A stretch of DNA of 64,000 nt from an uncultured Christensenellaceae bacterium (GCA_964432485.1 CAYSNP010000002.1:6141-70140), one strand, 5' to 3'. Shown: positions 1-9,890, counted from the stretch's first letter. Notes: a model not told the origin generated them from the letters alone. Numbers and translations: made by a program.

Positions 1-2
1 TA

Positions 3-290
3 AAGACAGGCGCAAAAGGCCTGCAAATAGTTGGCTTAGTTTTATTATTCTTTCCCTTGCCAATGATTGTTGGCAGTGCCTTACAAGCAATAGGCAAGAA
101 ACTGCTGTCTTTGGTGCTTTATGCATCTACCCTTATATTTCTTGCAATGTCAATAGGTTTTGCCAAAACTAAACTTAATCTTATAGGAATATGGTGGACT
201 TATGTTATAGCCAATTTTCTATCCACATTGCTATCATTAATTATTTTATTTACTAATAAGCCTGCTAGTCGCTTAAATTTTTCTCATTAA
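3..290 (+). CDS. C-terminal fragment of a multi-pass membrane protein (gene starts upstream of the window)
   Basis: Frame 3 is open from nt 3 to the TAA at 288-290, so the TTG at 57 in the ORF track is probably internal. The tail is hydrophobic (LLSLVLYASTLIFLAMSIGF..., IGIWWTYVIANFLSTLLSLIILF), giving about 2 TM helices. Function is not assignable. Confidence 0.4.
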   Translation, partial: KTGAKGLQIVGLVLLFFPLPMIVGSALQAIGKKLLSLVLYASTLIFLAMSIGFAKTKLNLIGIWWTYVIANFLSTLLSLIILFTNKPASRLNFSH

Positions 291-308
291 AGGATTACGG
301 CGCTTATT

Positions 309-3300
309 TTATTTGCCAGCCCTTCTTATTTTTATTTCTCTCACGGTAACAAACACACCTACCGCAAGTACAGTAACCACTATTGCGGCGGCTACAAGTA
401 TATTTGAAATAGCGGTGTAGGGGTTGAGTTCTTTTATGGTATCGGTAGCAAGGTCATATTCGTAACCTTGATAGTAAAGGTCTACTCCATCATAGTATAG
501 TATCCCGAAAGTGGGATTTTGGAGACCTTTACCATAGGCTATAGGAACATTGGGATTGTCCATATACTCGTAAAACTTATTGCCCAGCGTCCCTACATTA
601 ATATAAAGAGTGCCCTCTCCGCCCAGCTTTTTTCTGCCGGTAGCGGCCAAGCTAACAGGATTGCCTTCGGCATCTAAGTAATAGCTTTCGGTATAGGTGT
701 GGTCATGACCTTGCAGCACTAATGCAACGCCATATTTAGGAAATATGGGAGTAAGCTGTTCACGCAGGCCCTTTACATCGGCATTAAAAGAGTGAGAGCC
801 TCGAGTATACGGACCTTTATGCATTATTACTACTTTATGTACTTTATCGGTACTTTCTAAGTCATTGATTAGCCAATCGTATTGCGCTTGTCCCAGCTTG
901 TTTTTAACTATATCATTGGTATCAAGTACAGTAAAATGCACACCGCTATAATCAAAGGAGTAATATACGCCTGTTGAAGTGTTTTGAGCGGGATAGCTAA
1001 AGTTATGATGTGCTACCATATAGTTATAAGCATTCTTAACTACTGCAGAAGAGGACGGCACATAATCTTTTGTGGCTTCAAAAGTGGCTACCTCATGATT
1101 GCCGGTTGCGCATACCAGCGTAGTATTGCCCCAAATAGCTTGCGGTATATCTAAATAGTATTCGTACTGCTTAATATTGTTGGAGCTGTCCACAGAGTCG
1201 CCCATATCCAGCACAAAATCATAGCCAAACTTAAATACGCTGTCTATATTATTTAAGATATGATTAACTTGCGTATATTCTGCGGCGGTGTAACCTTGCA
1301 AATCCGCTATTATCAAGGCTTCAAAAGCAGAATTGTCAGACGGTGCGGTCTTAAAGGTGTATGCCGGCGAAAGGAATCCTTTTTCCACACTGCCAATCCT
1401 GTAATAGTAAGTAGCATTGGGGGAAAGTCCTTCAAGATTGATAGTATGACGGGCCTTTTCTATGGTGGTCTTAGTGATAGCAATCAGCCCTATATCAATA
1501 AGCGGTCTTCCCATAGCATAAATTTGGGTTTCGCCTGACACAATTGTTGCTTTTTCGATATCAAAAGGCTTGCCGTCATAAGGATAATAAGCAATTTGTG
1601 CCTCCTCTACTCTAGGGTCGGTAAAATATACAAAGTTTTTATCGGTTTGAGGATTCGCCCCAAAATTAATTGCTAGCATGCTGGGCAGTTTTCCATTTTC
1701 TATGCTGGCATTGCAAGGCAGCGGCGCTCCTGTAAAAGTAAACTCGTCTCCCTGTGCAAAGGTGATTAAGGTAAGTTCTTCATAATTGCCCTCTTGAAAA
1801 GCATCTAATGCAAAGGACTGCAAAATATCGGCAACAATATTGCCCAGTCCCGTATAAAGGCTTTCCGTTATATAGCTTTTAATAGCACCTTCTATAAAAT
1901 CAGCAATGGTCAGACCGCCCATATCCAAATTAAGCCCAAATATTATTGAAGCTTTTTCTATAAGCATACCAAGGTCCAGCTTTGAGGGGTCAGGATTGCC
2001 CAGTAGCGTAGTTATGGCTTTTAGAGCGCCTAGCTCCGCACTTGTAAGCCCTTGAGTTAAATCAACTTCGCTTGTAAGCACTTTGGATAATACACTAAAA
2101 AGTGAATCTTCATTGTTTATCAGCAACCCCATAAGCTCTTCAATAGGCTGGCCATTACGCATATTTTCAAGACCTTCTTGAATATTAGCAGGCAAATCCT
2201 CAAAGGTGGCAGCATCATTACTGTTTAGATGCATTGTAAAGCATGCAACAAAGAACTCGTATAAAGTAGTTCCGTCAGAGGCGGCTTGTATATTGACAAC
2301 CTTATCAACTAAATCTTTCAAGTAAGCAAATAGCTTATTTTGTCCGTTTTGGTAGGCGGGATAATCGCCTTTGTATTCATAATCGGCCAATCCTATTTCC
2401 TCTATTTGACCAATTAAATTAACAACAATTTTATCCAGAAGAGGATTTATGCCTGAAAGTATAGACGGGATTTTATCTTTTATCCCCTCCAACAACCCTA
2501 AGATACCATCCATTTCTAAATACTCAAGGGTGTACGCATCCACAATATTATTGAATTGTTTTGCTTCGCTATAGGCACTCATATCTAGACAAATACCGTT
2601 GTTAAAGAATTGCGCTTCGCCCATAGCAATTAAATGCTGCATAGGGAGATAGCCCGCATTTATTATGTAAGAAAAATCAATTTCACGAATAACATAGCCT
2701 TTAACTCTAAATTTTTGCGTTTGGATATCCCCTTTAGAGCCACGCTCTATATAAGCGCTTCTATAACCGCCGCCGCTGGAAAATAAAGAAGCGGTTTGAA
2801 TATCTAATATTCTGTTAAGGTTAAAAGAAGTATGTCCCATTACATTATTGGCGTGGAAATGGCCTGTAAAAACATATTTTATCCCCATATCCGCCAAAAA
2901 GTCGGTTGCTTGCAGGTAATTATCCAAAATAAAGCCAGTAAGATAGTTGTATTGCTCGCTAAAATGAGGGAGCGCACTATGATGAAATAATGCTATCCCC
3001 GTCTTGTCGGCAACAACTTGACTGTGAGTATCAATAAAGTCTACAATAGAATCAAATAATCTGCCTCCCAATACATGCCCTTCCTCGGCGTTGGACAGCA
3101 CTACATCAGCACCTAAAAAGAAATAATCATTGTCATTGAGCGCAATATACGACAGCTCGCCAACATTGTAATCAGCTTGCTCTTGCAAGCCATTTTCAAT
3201 ATATTGCCAAGCCATACTAAGATTGGGGGCTGTAGTTGAGTTTACAAAAGCGCTTTCATTTGCTTGATAAGGCAGCGGGGTTGCGCTAAGCTCTGACTCC

Positions 3301-3884
3301 GTGTAAAAAGCTAAGGCTTGCTCATTTGTTATATCGGGATAACCTAAAGAGGAATATATAATACTCAAGTCTTTTCTGCTTACATTAGGGACATCTATCC
3401 TGCTTCCGTCCGCTAAAAAGCGGTATGCTTCGCCATTATAAATATCATGGTTGCCAAAAACAGTAAAGATTTGAAAGTTAGGCTTGTTGTAATCCGCTCT
3501 AATGCGATTTTGCAAATCCCGCAAGGCATTGGCTACATCTATATGAGACTCCCGCTCCCCATCGTAAGTGTTATCTCCGGAAACTATCACATAATCGGGC
3601 GCTTGCTCATAAATTAAGCCTAACACATGCTCAAAAGCTGCGCTAGGCTCTACAATCTTGAACCCTTTTTGCAGGATATGCTTGTAATCATTTTCATATG
3701 CGGTGCTGCAGTATCTTAAAGGGTAATAGTGCAAATCGCTGATATGTATTATATGCAGCTCGTCTTGCTTAACATAATCAGCGGCAAATGCCGTCTTGGA
3801 ATTGAAAGACAATATCCCTATTGATACAATTAAAACAACTAAAATGGCAAAAACAGCGTACTTTTTAGCAATAGCTCGTGACAT
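309..3884 (-). CDS. Membrane-anchored protein with two calcineurin-like (purple-acid-phosphatase-like) metallophosphoesterase domains
   Basis: Domain 1 motifs: HISDLHY, SGDNTYDGE, GNHD, GHFH. Domain 2 motifs: DMGDSVD, GNHE, GHDH, preceded by a PAP-N-like 'ATYYYRIGS..FKTAP' segment. It has an N-terminal signal-anchor (AVFAILVVLIVSIGILSF) and a C-terminal TM followed by a basic tail. I moved the start to the ATG at 3882-3884 (MSRAIAKK), which has AAGGAGG 8 nt upstream. Confidence 0.8.
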   Translation of the reverse strand: MSRAIAKKYAVFAILVVLIVSIGILSFNSKTAFAADYVKQDELHIIHISDLHYYPLRYCSTAYENDYKHILQKGFKIVEPSAAFEHVLGLIYEQAPDYVIVSGDNTYDGERESHIDVANALRDLQNRIRADYNKPNFQIFTVFGNHDIYNGEAYRFLADGSRIDVPNVSRKDLSIIYSSLGYPDITNEQALAFYTESELSATPLPYQANESAFVNSTTAPNLSMAWQYIENGLQEQADYNVGELSYIALNDNDYFFLGADVVLSNAEEGHVLGGRLFDSIVDFIDTHSQVVADKTGIALFHHSALPHFSEQYNYLTGFILDNYLQATDFLADMGIKYVFTGHFHANNVMGHTSFNLNRILDIQTASLFSSGGGYRSAYIERGSKGDIQTQKFRVKGYVIREIDFSYIINAGYLPMQHLIAMGEAQFFNNGICLDMSAYSEAKQFNNIVDAYTLEYLEMDGILGLLEGIKDKIPSILSGINPLLDKIVVNLIGQIEEIGLADYEYKGDYPAYQNGQNKLFAYLKDLVDKVVNIQAASDGTTLYEFFVACFTMHLNSNDAATFEDLPANIQEGLENMRNGQPIEELMGLLINNEDSLFSVLSKVLTSEVDLTQGLTSAELGALKAITTLLGNPDPSKLDLGMLIEKASIIFGLNLDMGGLTIADFIEGAIKSYITESLYTGLGNIVADILQSFALDAFQEGNYEELTLITFAQGDEFTFTGAPLPCNASIENGKLPSMLAINFGANPQTDKNFVYFTDPRVEEAQIAYYPYDGKPFDIEKATIVSGETQIYAMGRPLIDIGLIAITKTTIEKARHTINLEGLSPNATYYYRIGSVEKGFLSPAYTFKTAPSDNSAFEALIIADLQGYTAAEYTQVNHILNNIDSVFKFGYDFVLDMGDSVDSSNNIKQYEYYLDIPQAIWGNTTLVCATGNHEVATFEATKDYVPSSSAVVKNAYNYMVAHHNFSYPAQNTSTGVYYSFDYSGVHFTVLDTNDIVKNKLGQAQYDWLINDLESTDKVHKVVIMHKGPYTRGSHSFNADVKGLREQLTPIFPKYGVALVLQGHDHTYTESYYLDAEGNPVSLAATGRKKLGGEGTLYINVGTLGNKFYEYMDNPNVPIAYGKGLQNPTFGILYYDGVDLYYQGYEYDLATDTIKELNPYTAISNILVAAAIVVTVLAVGVFVTVREIKIRRAGK

Positions 3885-3918
3885 TTTCGGGTGTTCCTCC
3901 TTAATAAAACTTAAATCA

Positions 3919-3947
3919 ATATTAACACAATAAGGTATAAAAATCAA
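3919..3947 (-). promoter_or_regulatory. Sigma-A-type promoter for the 309-3884 gene
   Basis: The minus strand reads TTGATT (3942-3947), a 17-nt spacer, then TAATAT (3919-3924). It lies about 35 nt upstream of the ATG. Confidence 0.45.
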
Positions 3948-3977
3948 GCTTGCTTTTTTAAGAATTGCTTTAGACCG

Positions 3978-4904
3978 CTACTTTTTATAATACCTTTGAT
4001 TGCCGCTGGTAGGCCTGCTGGGAAGGGTCATTGCCACTAGTCCTGCTTGCATTGCAGGGTGCAAGTAATTGTCAAAAAAGGCTGCTTTTGACTTTAAGCC
4101 CAACAGTACCATTAATTCATTGGCGCTCATTGGATGCTCTTGGATTGCAAACATTAGCCTCCTTACCCTGTCGCTGGTGTTAAGCAAATGATTGTCTATA
4201 TCGGTTGCAAGCTGTTCAACCGCATTTAATATAGCTTGTAGCATAAACATAATAAAGGGATTAAGGCTGCCTTCGGCACCTGCTAAATCTATAATTTTGC
4301 AATATTCTGCTTTTTGATTTAGCAAAATGCTTTCTATGGGTATAAAAGCAAGAATCGGACGCCAAGCAGCTAAAACTGCGGCAGCCCAAAGCCTAGCTAT
4401 CTTGCCGCTTTCTTTTGCAGGCAACTGCATATATTTTAGACGGTAATGAAAAATACTTGATTTGATAAGCGGGTGCGCACCGCTGTCTTTCCCCCATAAA
4501 AGCAGTTGAGTAACGCTATCGAACATATTGGTTGCAAGTGCTTGTTCATATTGTTTATTGGATAAGCCTGTTATCTTTTTGTATGATTTCAAAAAGTCGG
4601 CCATATTATCCCAAGCTAAAGCAGGCAGCTCCTTATATGCCTTATAGGCATTCTTAACTTCTCTTATTTCTTTAGCCGCTCCCAATACATGCTCCCCATT
4701 GCCTATAGCAAAAACTTGCTCATAGGACAAGCAGTTGCCCTCAAGCGCCAATGTAGAATATATAGCTTGAGCAAGGCTTGCTTCCTTTAGCTTTGGCAAT
4801 TTCTCCAATATCTTTTTATCAGCAATTCTACCAAGTCTTTCTGCTAGCTCAACAGCAAGGGCAAGCATTTCTTCTGTTAAATTAAAAGGGGGCACGCAAT
4901 CCAT
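3978..4904 (-). CDS. Fic/DOC-family protein with a degenerate catalytic motif and a C-terminal winged-helix-like tail
   Basis: The N-terminal TxxxEG segment (TLALEG) resembles the Fic inhibitory-helix motif. The core helix 'IFHYRLKYMQLPAKESGKIARLW' aligns to the 'HyrFe.IHPFxDGNGRxxR' pattern, but His is Gln and GNG is ESG. The C-terminal 'SANELMVLLGL...RPTSGNQRYYKK' is typical of Fic wHTH tails. Confidence 0.65.
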   Translation of the reverse strand: MDCVPPFNLTEEMLALAVELAERLGRIADKKILEKLPKLKEASLAQAIYSTLALEGNCLSYEQVFAIGNGEHVLGAAKEIREVKNAYKAYKELPALAWDNMADFLKSYKKITGLSNKQYEQALATNMFDSVTQLLLWGKDSGAHPLIKSSIFHYRLKYMQLPAKESGKIARLWAAAVLAAWRPILAFIPIESILLNQKAEYCKIIDLAGAEGSLNPFIMFMLQAILNAVEQLATDIDNHLLNTSDRVRRLMFAIQEHPMSANELMVLLGLKSKAAFFDNYLHPAMQAGLVAMTLPSRPTSGNQRYYKK

Positions 4905-4916
4905 TTTTCACCTATT

Positions 4917-6068
4917 TTAATGCTCAATAGTAATATGAAACATTATATCGTCTATTCTTTCATAGATAGTCTTGTAATCAGTTTGCTTTGAGCTATAACA
5001 ATAAGCAAAGTATAACTCCGCCGAATTTGCAGTAGGAAGGAATTGGTATTGCACTTCGGGTAGTACGGATGTTGAAAAAACATAGTTATCCGCATTGTAT
5101 ATTCTAAAATCACCTTGCCCATCAAATCTTATAAAAGCCGCCACGCAGCTATCTACTTGAATACGCCCTCTGCGATGCACAAGAATATTTTCGCTTTCGC
5201 CATTGGTAAAAAAGAACTTTGCTTTTACTTCTTCGATAAAAAGAGGAAGTTCCGGGCGTTGCCATACAGGCAGTGTTACATAATAATCTAAGTGAGTGCC
5301 TAGCTTCATTCCGTAATCAATCTCTATATGGTCAAAATTGTTTATTATTGGGACACTAAGCACAGTATTTATAGTTTGGGTAAAATGTTTTGTATAGCAG
5401 TCGCAAAGAAAACTTGTAATATAATCCCCGTCTTTTGCACGGTTTGGAGCGGTAAAGGTATGCTCCCTTGCTCCTTTTTCTCCTTTGGTCCAATAGCTGA
5501 CAAATAGCATAGGGGTATCCTGCGGCAAAAGCGCTCCGTCACTATACACCTCTGCGCATAGCTTGTATTGCTCCCCCGCTACAATCTCCTCAATTTCGTT
5601 ATTATCTAAATCTTTAATACAAGTCACAACTTGGTCAGGGATACCGCAACTTCTAACATTTACCTCAAATTCTGTAGAGATACAGCCCGACACCCTAACA
5701 ATTATTTTATACTTACCGGGGCGCGCAAACATATAGCCGGAGTATTCTGTTCCCATAGGATGCTTTTCAATAGCCTTAATATACTCCTCGACATAATAAA
5801 TGTAAAAGACAGGGTTAGTCTTGGGCTTTATTGTAAAGGCAACCTTATTAAAATCTATACTGTCAAAGAGAATAAATCCTTCCTCATCAGGTGCGTCAGG
5901 ATTATGGTAATCCTTATTGTAATTGAGCTTGCTTATATCGATAATCGGCAATTCTTGCACCGGTGGCTCTTCCTCCTCAGGCGACTCTGCTTCTCCGAAG
6001 AGATTACAAGCAAATAGCGTTGTTACACATAGCAATAAAGTGCATATAAAGAATATTCTCTTGCTCAT
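4917..6068 (-). CDS. Hypothetical lipoprotein
   Basis: The signal peptide has a lipobox (LLLCVTTLFAC). I placed the start at the ATG at 6066-6068 (MSKRIFF), which has GGGAGG just upstream. It ends 12 nt upstream of the Fic gene, so co-transcription is likely. I recognise no family. Confidence 0.6.
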   Translation of the reverse strand: MSKRIFFICTLLLCVTTLFACNLFGEAESPEEEEPPVQELPIIDISKLNYNKDYHNPDAPDEEGFILFDSIDFNKVAFTIKPKTNPVFYIYYVEEYIKAIEKHPMGTEYSGYMFARPGKYKIIVRVSGCISTEFEVNVRSCGIPDQVVTCIKDLDNNEIEEIVAGEQYKLCAEVYSDGALLPQDTPMLFVSYWTKGEKGAREHTFTAPNRAKDGDYITSFLCDCYTKHFTQTINTVLSVPIINNFDHIEIDYGMKLGTHLDYYVTLPVWQRPELPLFIEEVKAKFFFTNGESENILVHRRGRIQVDSCVAAFIRFDGQGDFRIYNADNYVFSTSVLPEVQYQFLPTANSAELYFAYCYSSKQTDYKTIYERIDDIMFHITIEH

Positions 6069-6239
6069 CAGTCCTCCCAACTCCTGCCCCAACCATATTG
6101 TAACACCTTATATGCTAAATTTCAACTCTAGAAGATTCTCAAATTAATTCAAGTTGGTGTACTAAATAAATCAAGTTTGGTGAGTTTTTGACTGTTTTAT
6201 GCCATTTTACTTAACTCAAATATCCCTTTCTAACCTTAC

Positions 6240-8096
6240 CTATGAAGCGCTTTCAAATTGACTGTTGTATAATTCAGCGTAAAAACCGCCTTTTTCTAGA
6301 AGTTCATTATGATTTCCATTTTCAACAATTTCACCATCTTTCATTACCAAAATTATGTCTGCATTCTTAATGGTGGATAATCTATGAGCTATAACAAATG
6401 ATGTTCTGCCTTGGGTTAGCTTATCCATAGCTTCTTGTATTAAAACCTCTGTGCGCGTATCAACCGAGCTTGTTGCTTCATCTAAAATAAGTAGCGGAGC
6501 ATTTTGTATCATAGCACGAGCTATTGTTAAGAGTTGTTTTTGTCCTTCCGATAGACTGGCCTTATCGCCTAAAATTGTATTATATCCTTCTGGTAAAGTG
6601 CGAATAAAGTGGTGTAATCCTACTGCTTTACATGCTGTTTTTATCTGTTCATCCGTCACGCCTTCTTTGCTATATACGATATTTTCTTTAATTGTTCCTT
6701 CAAAAAGCCAAGTATCTTGAAGCACCATGCTAAATTGTTCGTGAATATTTTCCCGCGTGACCTCATTAATTGGCACGCCATCTATTAATATTTTACCATC
6801 ATCAATTTCATAAAACCGCATAAGCAAATTTACCATAGTGGTTTTGCCTGCTCCAGTAGGCCCAACTATAGCAACTTTTTGGCCGGGATTAATGGTAGCT
6901 GAAAAATCGTTTATAATAGTTTTTTCTTTATTATATCCAAAGCGCACATTGCGAAACTCTACGCTACCTTTTATATTTGATAGTTGCTTAACTTTTTCAC
7001 TTTCATTGACCAGCTCATCTTCTTCAAAAAAATCAAAAACTCGCTCGCTTGCTGCTGCTGTACTTTGCAATCCTTGCGCTGCTTGAGCTATCTGAGAGAG
7101 CGGCTGTGTGAACAATCGCACATATAACATAAAGGCAATAATAACTTCAAAACCAATTGTCCCATTCATTGTAAGCACAGCCCCTACAACACAAACGGCT
7201 ACATAGCCAAGATTTCCTATAAAACCCATAATGGGCATCATAAGCCCGGACATGAATTGAGACTTCCATCCACTTGAAAACAATCGATTGTTTATTTTTT
7301 CAAAAGTATTTTGTGCATTTTTGTTCCCATTATAAACTTTTACAACATTGTGATTTGTATAGATTTCCTCTATATGTCCATTTACATCGCCTAGACTATT
7401 CTGTTGCGACACAAAATACTTTTGAGACTTTGCCATAATTGTCATCATAAATATAAATCCAACAACACTTGCTCCAATTGCTGTTAATGCCATAATCCAA
7501 TTAGTAGCAAACATCATCAGCAACGAGCCTACAAACATAGTAATAGCTGTCACTAAAGAACCAATGCTCTGATTAAGTGTCTGCCCTATGGTATCCACAT
7601 CATTTGTCACTCGAGATAAAACATCTCCATAACTAGTGTTGTCGAAATATTTAAATGGTAGCTTATTAATTTTTTCTGATATTCCCGTACGCAATTTCTT
7701 AGAAACTCTTGCGGTAACAGTTGCCATAATAAAGTTTTGGGCATAGCTTAATATTGCTGAGGATACATATATAACAACTAGTGTTATTCCTATGTTTGTT
7801 ACAACATTAAGATTCATTCCACCCTTAAATACATTCCCTACTTCTTTCATTATACTTGAAATTTTATCCGGGCCTATAACTTGAAGCACAGTGCCCACAG
7901 CTGCAAAAATGAGAGCTACGATAATGGCTAGTAGATAACTTTTAGAATATTTAATTAGTTTTATCCAAGCAACCTTAAAGTTTTTAGCTTTTTCTACAGG
8001 TCTCCCCATGCTTCGTGGCCCTCCACCACCGCCAGGTCCTCGAGGTGTTGGTCTGTTCTCTAGCCGTTCATTGCTTTTTTCTACATATTTACTCAT
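6240..8096 (-). CDS. ABC exporter permease/ATPase, heterodimer subunit with the consensus catalytic site
   Basis: It has a six-TM N-terminal half, Walker A GPTGAGKTT and Walker B LLILDEATSSVD (catalytic Glu present), but an atypical signature LSEGQKQLL. The RBS is GAGGAGG. The start overlaps the upstream stop (ATGA). Confidence 0.9.
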   Translation of the reverse strand: MSKYVEKSNERLENRPTPRGPGGGGGPRSMGRPVEKAKNFKVAWIKLIKYSKSYLLAIIVALIFAAVGTVLQVIGPDKISSIMKEVGNVFKGGMNLNVVTNIGITLVVIYVSSAILSYAQNFIMATVTARVSKKLRTGISEKINKLPFKYFDNTSYGDVLSRVTNDVDTIGQTLNQSIGSLVTAITMFVGSLLMMFATNWIMALTAIGASVVGFIFMMTIMAKSQKYFVSQQNSLGDVNGHIEEIYTNHNVVKVYNGNKNAQNTFEKINNRLFSSGWKSQFMSGLMMPIMGFIGNLGYVAVCVVGAVLTMNGTIGFEVIIAFMLYVRLFTQPLSQIAQAAQGLQSTAAASERVFDFFEEDELVNESEKVKQLSNIKGSVEFRNVRFGYNKEKTIINDFSATINPGQKVAIVGPTGAGKTTMVNLLMRFYEIDDGKILIDGVPINEVTRENIHEQFSMVLQDTWLFEGTIKENIVYSKEGVTDEQIKTACKAVGLHHFIRTLPEGYNTILGDKASLSEGQKQLLTIARAMIQNAPLLILDEATSSVDTRTEVLIQEAMDKLTQGRTSFVIAHRLSTIKNADIILVMKDGEIVENGNHNELLEKGGFYAELYNSQFESAS

Positions 8097-9853
8097 GATG
8101 CTAGTTCCTCCTCACTAAGTTGCGAATGAGCTATCTCTCTATATATCTCGCATGATGTTAATAACTCTTGATGAGTGCCTTTCCCAACCATTTTTCCTTC
8201 ATCTAAAACGATTATTTGGTCAGCATTCATAATCGTCCCTATACGCTGAGCAACAATAAGGCTAGTCACACCTGCAGTTTTCTTTTTTAGCACCGTTCTC
8301 AATTTCCTATCAGTTTTATAGTCTAGGGCTGAAAAAGAATCGTCAAATATATATATTTCGGGTTTTCTATACACCGCACGAGCAATTGCTAGTCGCTGTT
8401 TTTGTCCGCCAGATATATTAGCTCCACTTTGTGAAATATCGGCATTGTATCCTCCATCCATTTGCTCTACAAAGTTTGAGCCTTGTGCTATTTGCACAGC
8501 TTTCTCTACTTCTTTCTCGCCACTTTCAACACGGCCATTGTCACCATATGCCACATTAAAATTTACAGAACCCTTAAACAGCACCGCTTTTTGAGGCACA
8601 TATCCTATCTTATTATAAAGAGATTCTAGCTTATAATCTTTTACATTTATACCGTTTATCAAAACTTCGCCTTCTGTTGCATCAAAAAAGCGTGGAACTA
8701 AGTTAATTAAGGTTGATTTACCGCTCCCTGTTGAACCGATAAATGCAACAGTCTCACCTTGATTTGCCGTAAAACTAATATCTTTTAATACATATTCTGC
8801 AGCATTTGGGTACTTAAAGCTAACATTATTAAATTTAACTTGCCCTACTACTCCAGGCATACCCTCGCTAAGCATTCCATCCTTTATGCTAGGCTCTGTG
8901 TCTAGTACTTCATTGATACGCTTTGCTGAAACATTTGCACGAGGCAATATCATAAATATCATTATCAGCATCATAAAAGCCATAACAACCTGCATTGCAT
9001 ATGCTGAGAATACAACCATATTGGAATAAATCGGCAACTTGTCCATAACATCAGCGGCATTAATAAGATAAGCGCCTATCCAATAAACTGCAAGCGTGAG
9101 TCCGCTCATAAGCGTTGACATTACAGGCATCATAAAAGCCATTGCCCTACTAGTAAATAGATTTGTTTTAGTCAACTCACTGTTTGCTCTTTCAAATTTT
9201 TGCTCTTGATAATTTTCTGCATTATAAGCACGAACAACTCGAAGTCCAACAAGATTTTCACGGGTTACACGATTAAGATTATCTGTTAATATTTGCATTT
9301 TCTTGAATTTAGGCATAACAAAAATAAGTATAAGTGTAAATAATAATAGCATTATTAAAACTGCTACGCCTGTAGCAAGCGACCATTCCAAACCTTTTCC
9401 TGCAATTTTTGTAACAGCCCAAATAGCCAAAATTGGTGCTTTTATCACTACTTGCAGACCCATAGTAACTAACATTTGAATTTGTGTTATATCATTGGTA
9501 GAGCGAGTGATTAAACTTGATGTAGAAAACTTATTAATCTCTCCCATTGAAAACGATCCCACTTTATTAAACAAAGTGCTACGCAATCGCCGAGAGAAAG
9601 CTGCAGCAATTCGTGCGGCAAGAAAGCCAACAACTATTGCACACGCAAGGCTTCCTAATGCACATAATAGCATATAGCCACCGGCTAACCAAACGTCCCT
9701 CATAGCACTGCCTGGTGTTTGTACAAGTATAGTTATTTCTTGCATGTAATCTGGCATTTTAAGGTCTAGCCAAACTTGTGCTACAATGAATAATACACTT
9801 ATACTAGCTAATAGCCATTCTATGGGCTTGAGATGTCGAAGTATTTTAAGCAT
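8093..9853 (-). CDS. ABC exporter permease/ATPase, heterodimer subunit with the degenerate site
   Basis: Walker A is GSTGSGKST and the signature is ISGGQKQRLAIARA. Walker B is IYIFDDSFSALD, with Asp replacing the catalytic Glu. It overlaps the partner gene by 4 nt. Confidence 0.9.
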   Translation of the reverse strand: MLKILRHLKPIEWLLASISVLFIVAQVWLDLKMPDYMQEITILVQTPGSAMRDVWLAGGYMLLCALGSLACAIVVGFLAARIAAAFSRRLRSTLFNKVGSFSMGEINKFSTSSLITRSTNDITQIQMLVTMGLQVVIKAPILAIWAVTKIAGKGLEWSLATGVAVLIMLLLFTLILIFVMPKFKKMQILTDNLNRVTRENLVGLRVVRAYNAENYQEQKFERANSELTKTNLFTSRAMAFMMPVMSTLMSGLTLAVYWIGAYLINAADVMDKLPIYSNMVVFSAYAMQVVMAFMMLIMIFMILPRANVSAKRINEVLDTEPSIKDGMLSEGMPGVVGQVKFNNVSFKYPNAAEYVLKDISFTANQGETVAFIGSTGSGKSTLINLVPRFFDATEGEVLINGINVKDYKLESLYNKIGYVPQKAVLFKGSVNFNVAYGDNGRVESGEKEVEKAVQIAQGSNFVEQMDGGYNADISQSGANISGGQKQRLAIARAVYRKPEIYIFDDSFSALDYKTDRKLRTVLKKKTAGVTSLIVAQRIGTIMNADQIIVLDEGKMVGKGTHQELLTSCEIYREIAHSQLSEEELAS

Positions 9854-9890
9854 TATAAACCCTCTCTTCTAACATTTTTATTTATCTTTA

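Noticed and set aside
1260-1538. Numerous 60-200-aa ORFs antisense to, or out of frame with, large genes. Examples: 1260-1538, 5631-6017, 6451-6720, 10791-11273, 11916-12251, 14694-15176, 26678-27064, 33104-33415, 48208-48681, 49642-50247, 50793-51332 and 63289-63669.
   Set aside because: Each lies wholly inside a longer ORF with clear family motifs on the other strand or frame. They have low-complexity or odd composition and no RBS. They are shadow ORFs typical of AT-rich DNA.
6149-6182. A near-direct repeat, TCAAGTTGGTG / TCAAGTTTGGTG, in the gap upstream of the lipoprotein-Fic operon.
   Set aside because: It has only two short, imperfect copies and no supporting symmetry or spacing relative to a clear promoter. 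It could be chance.
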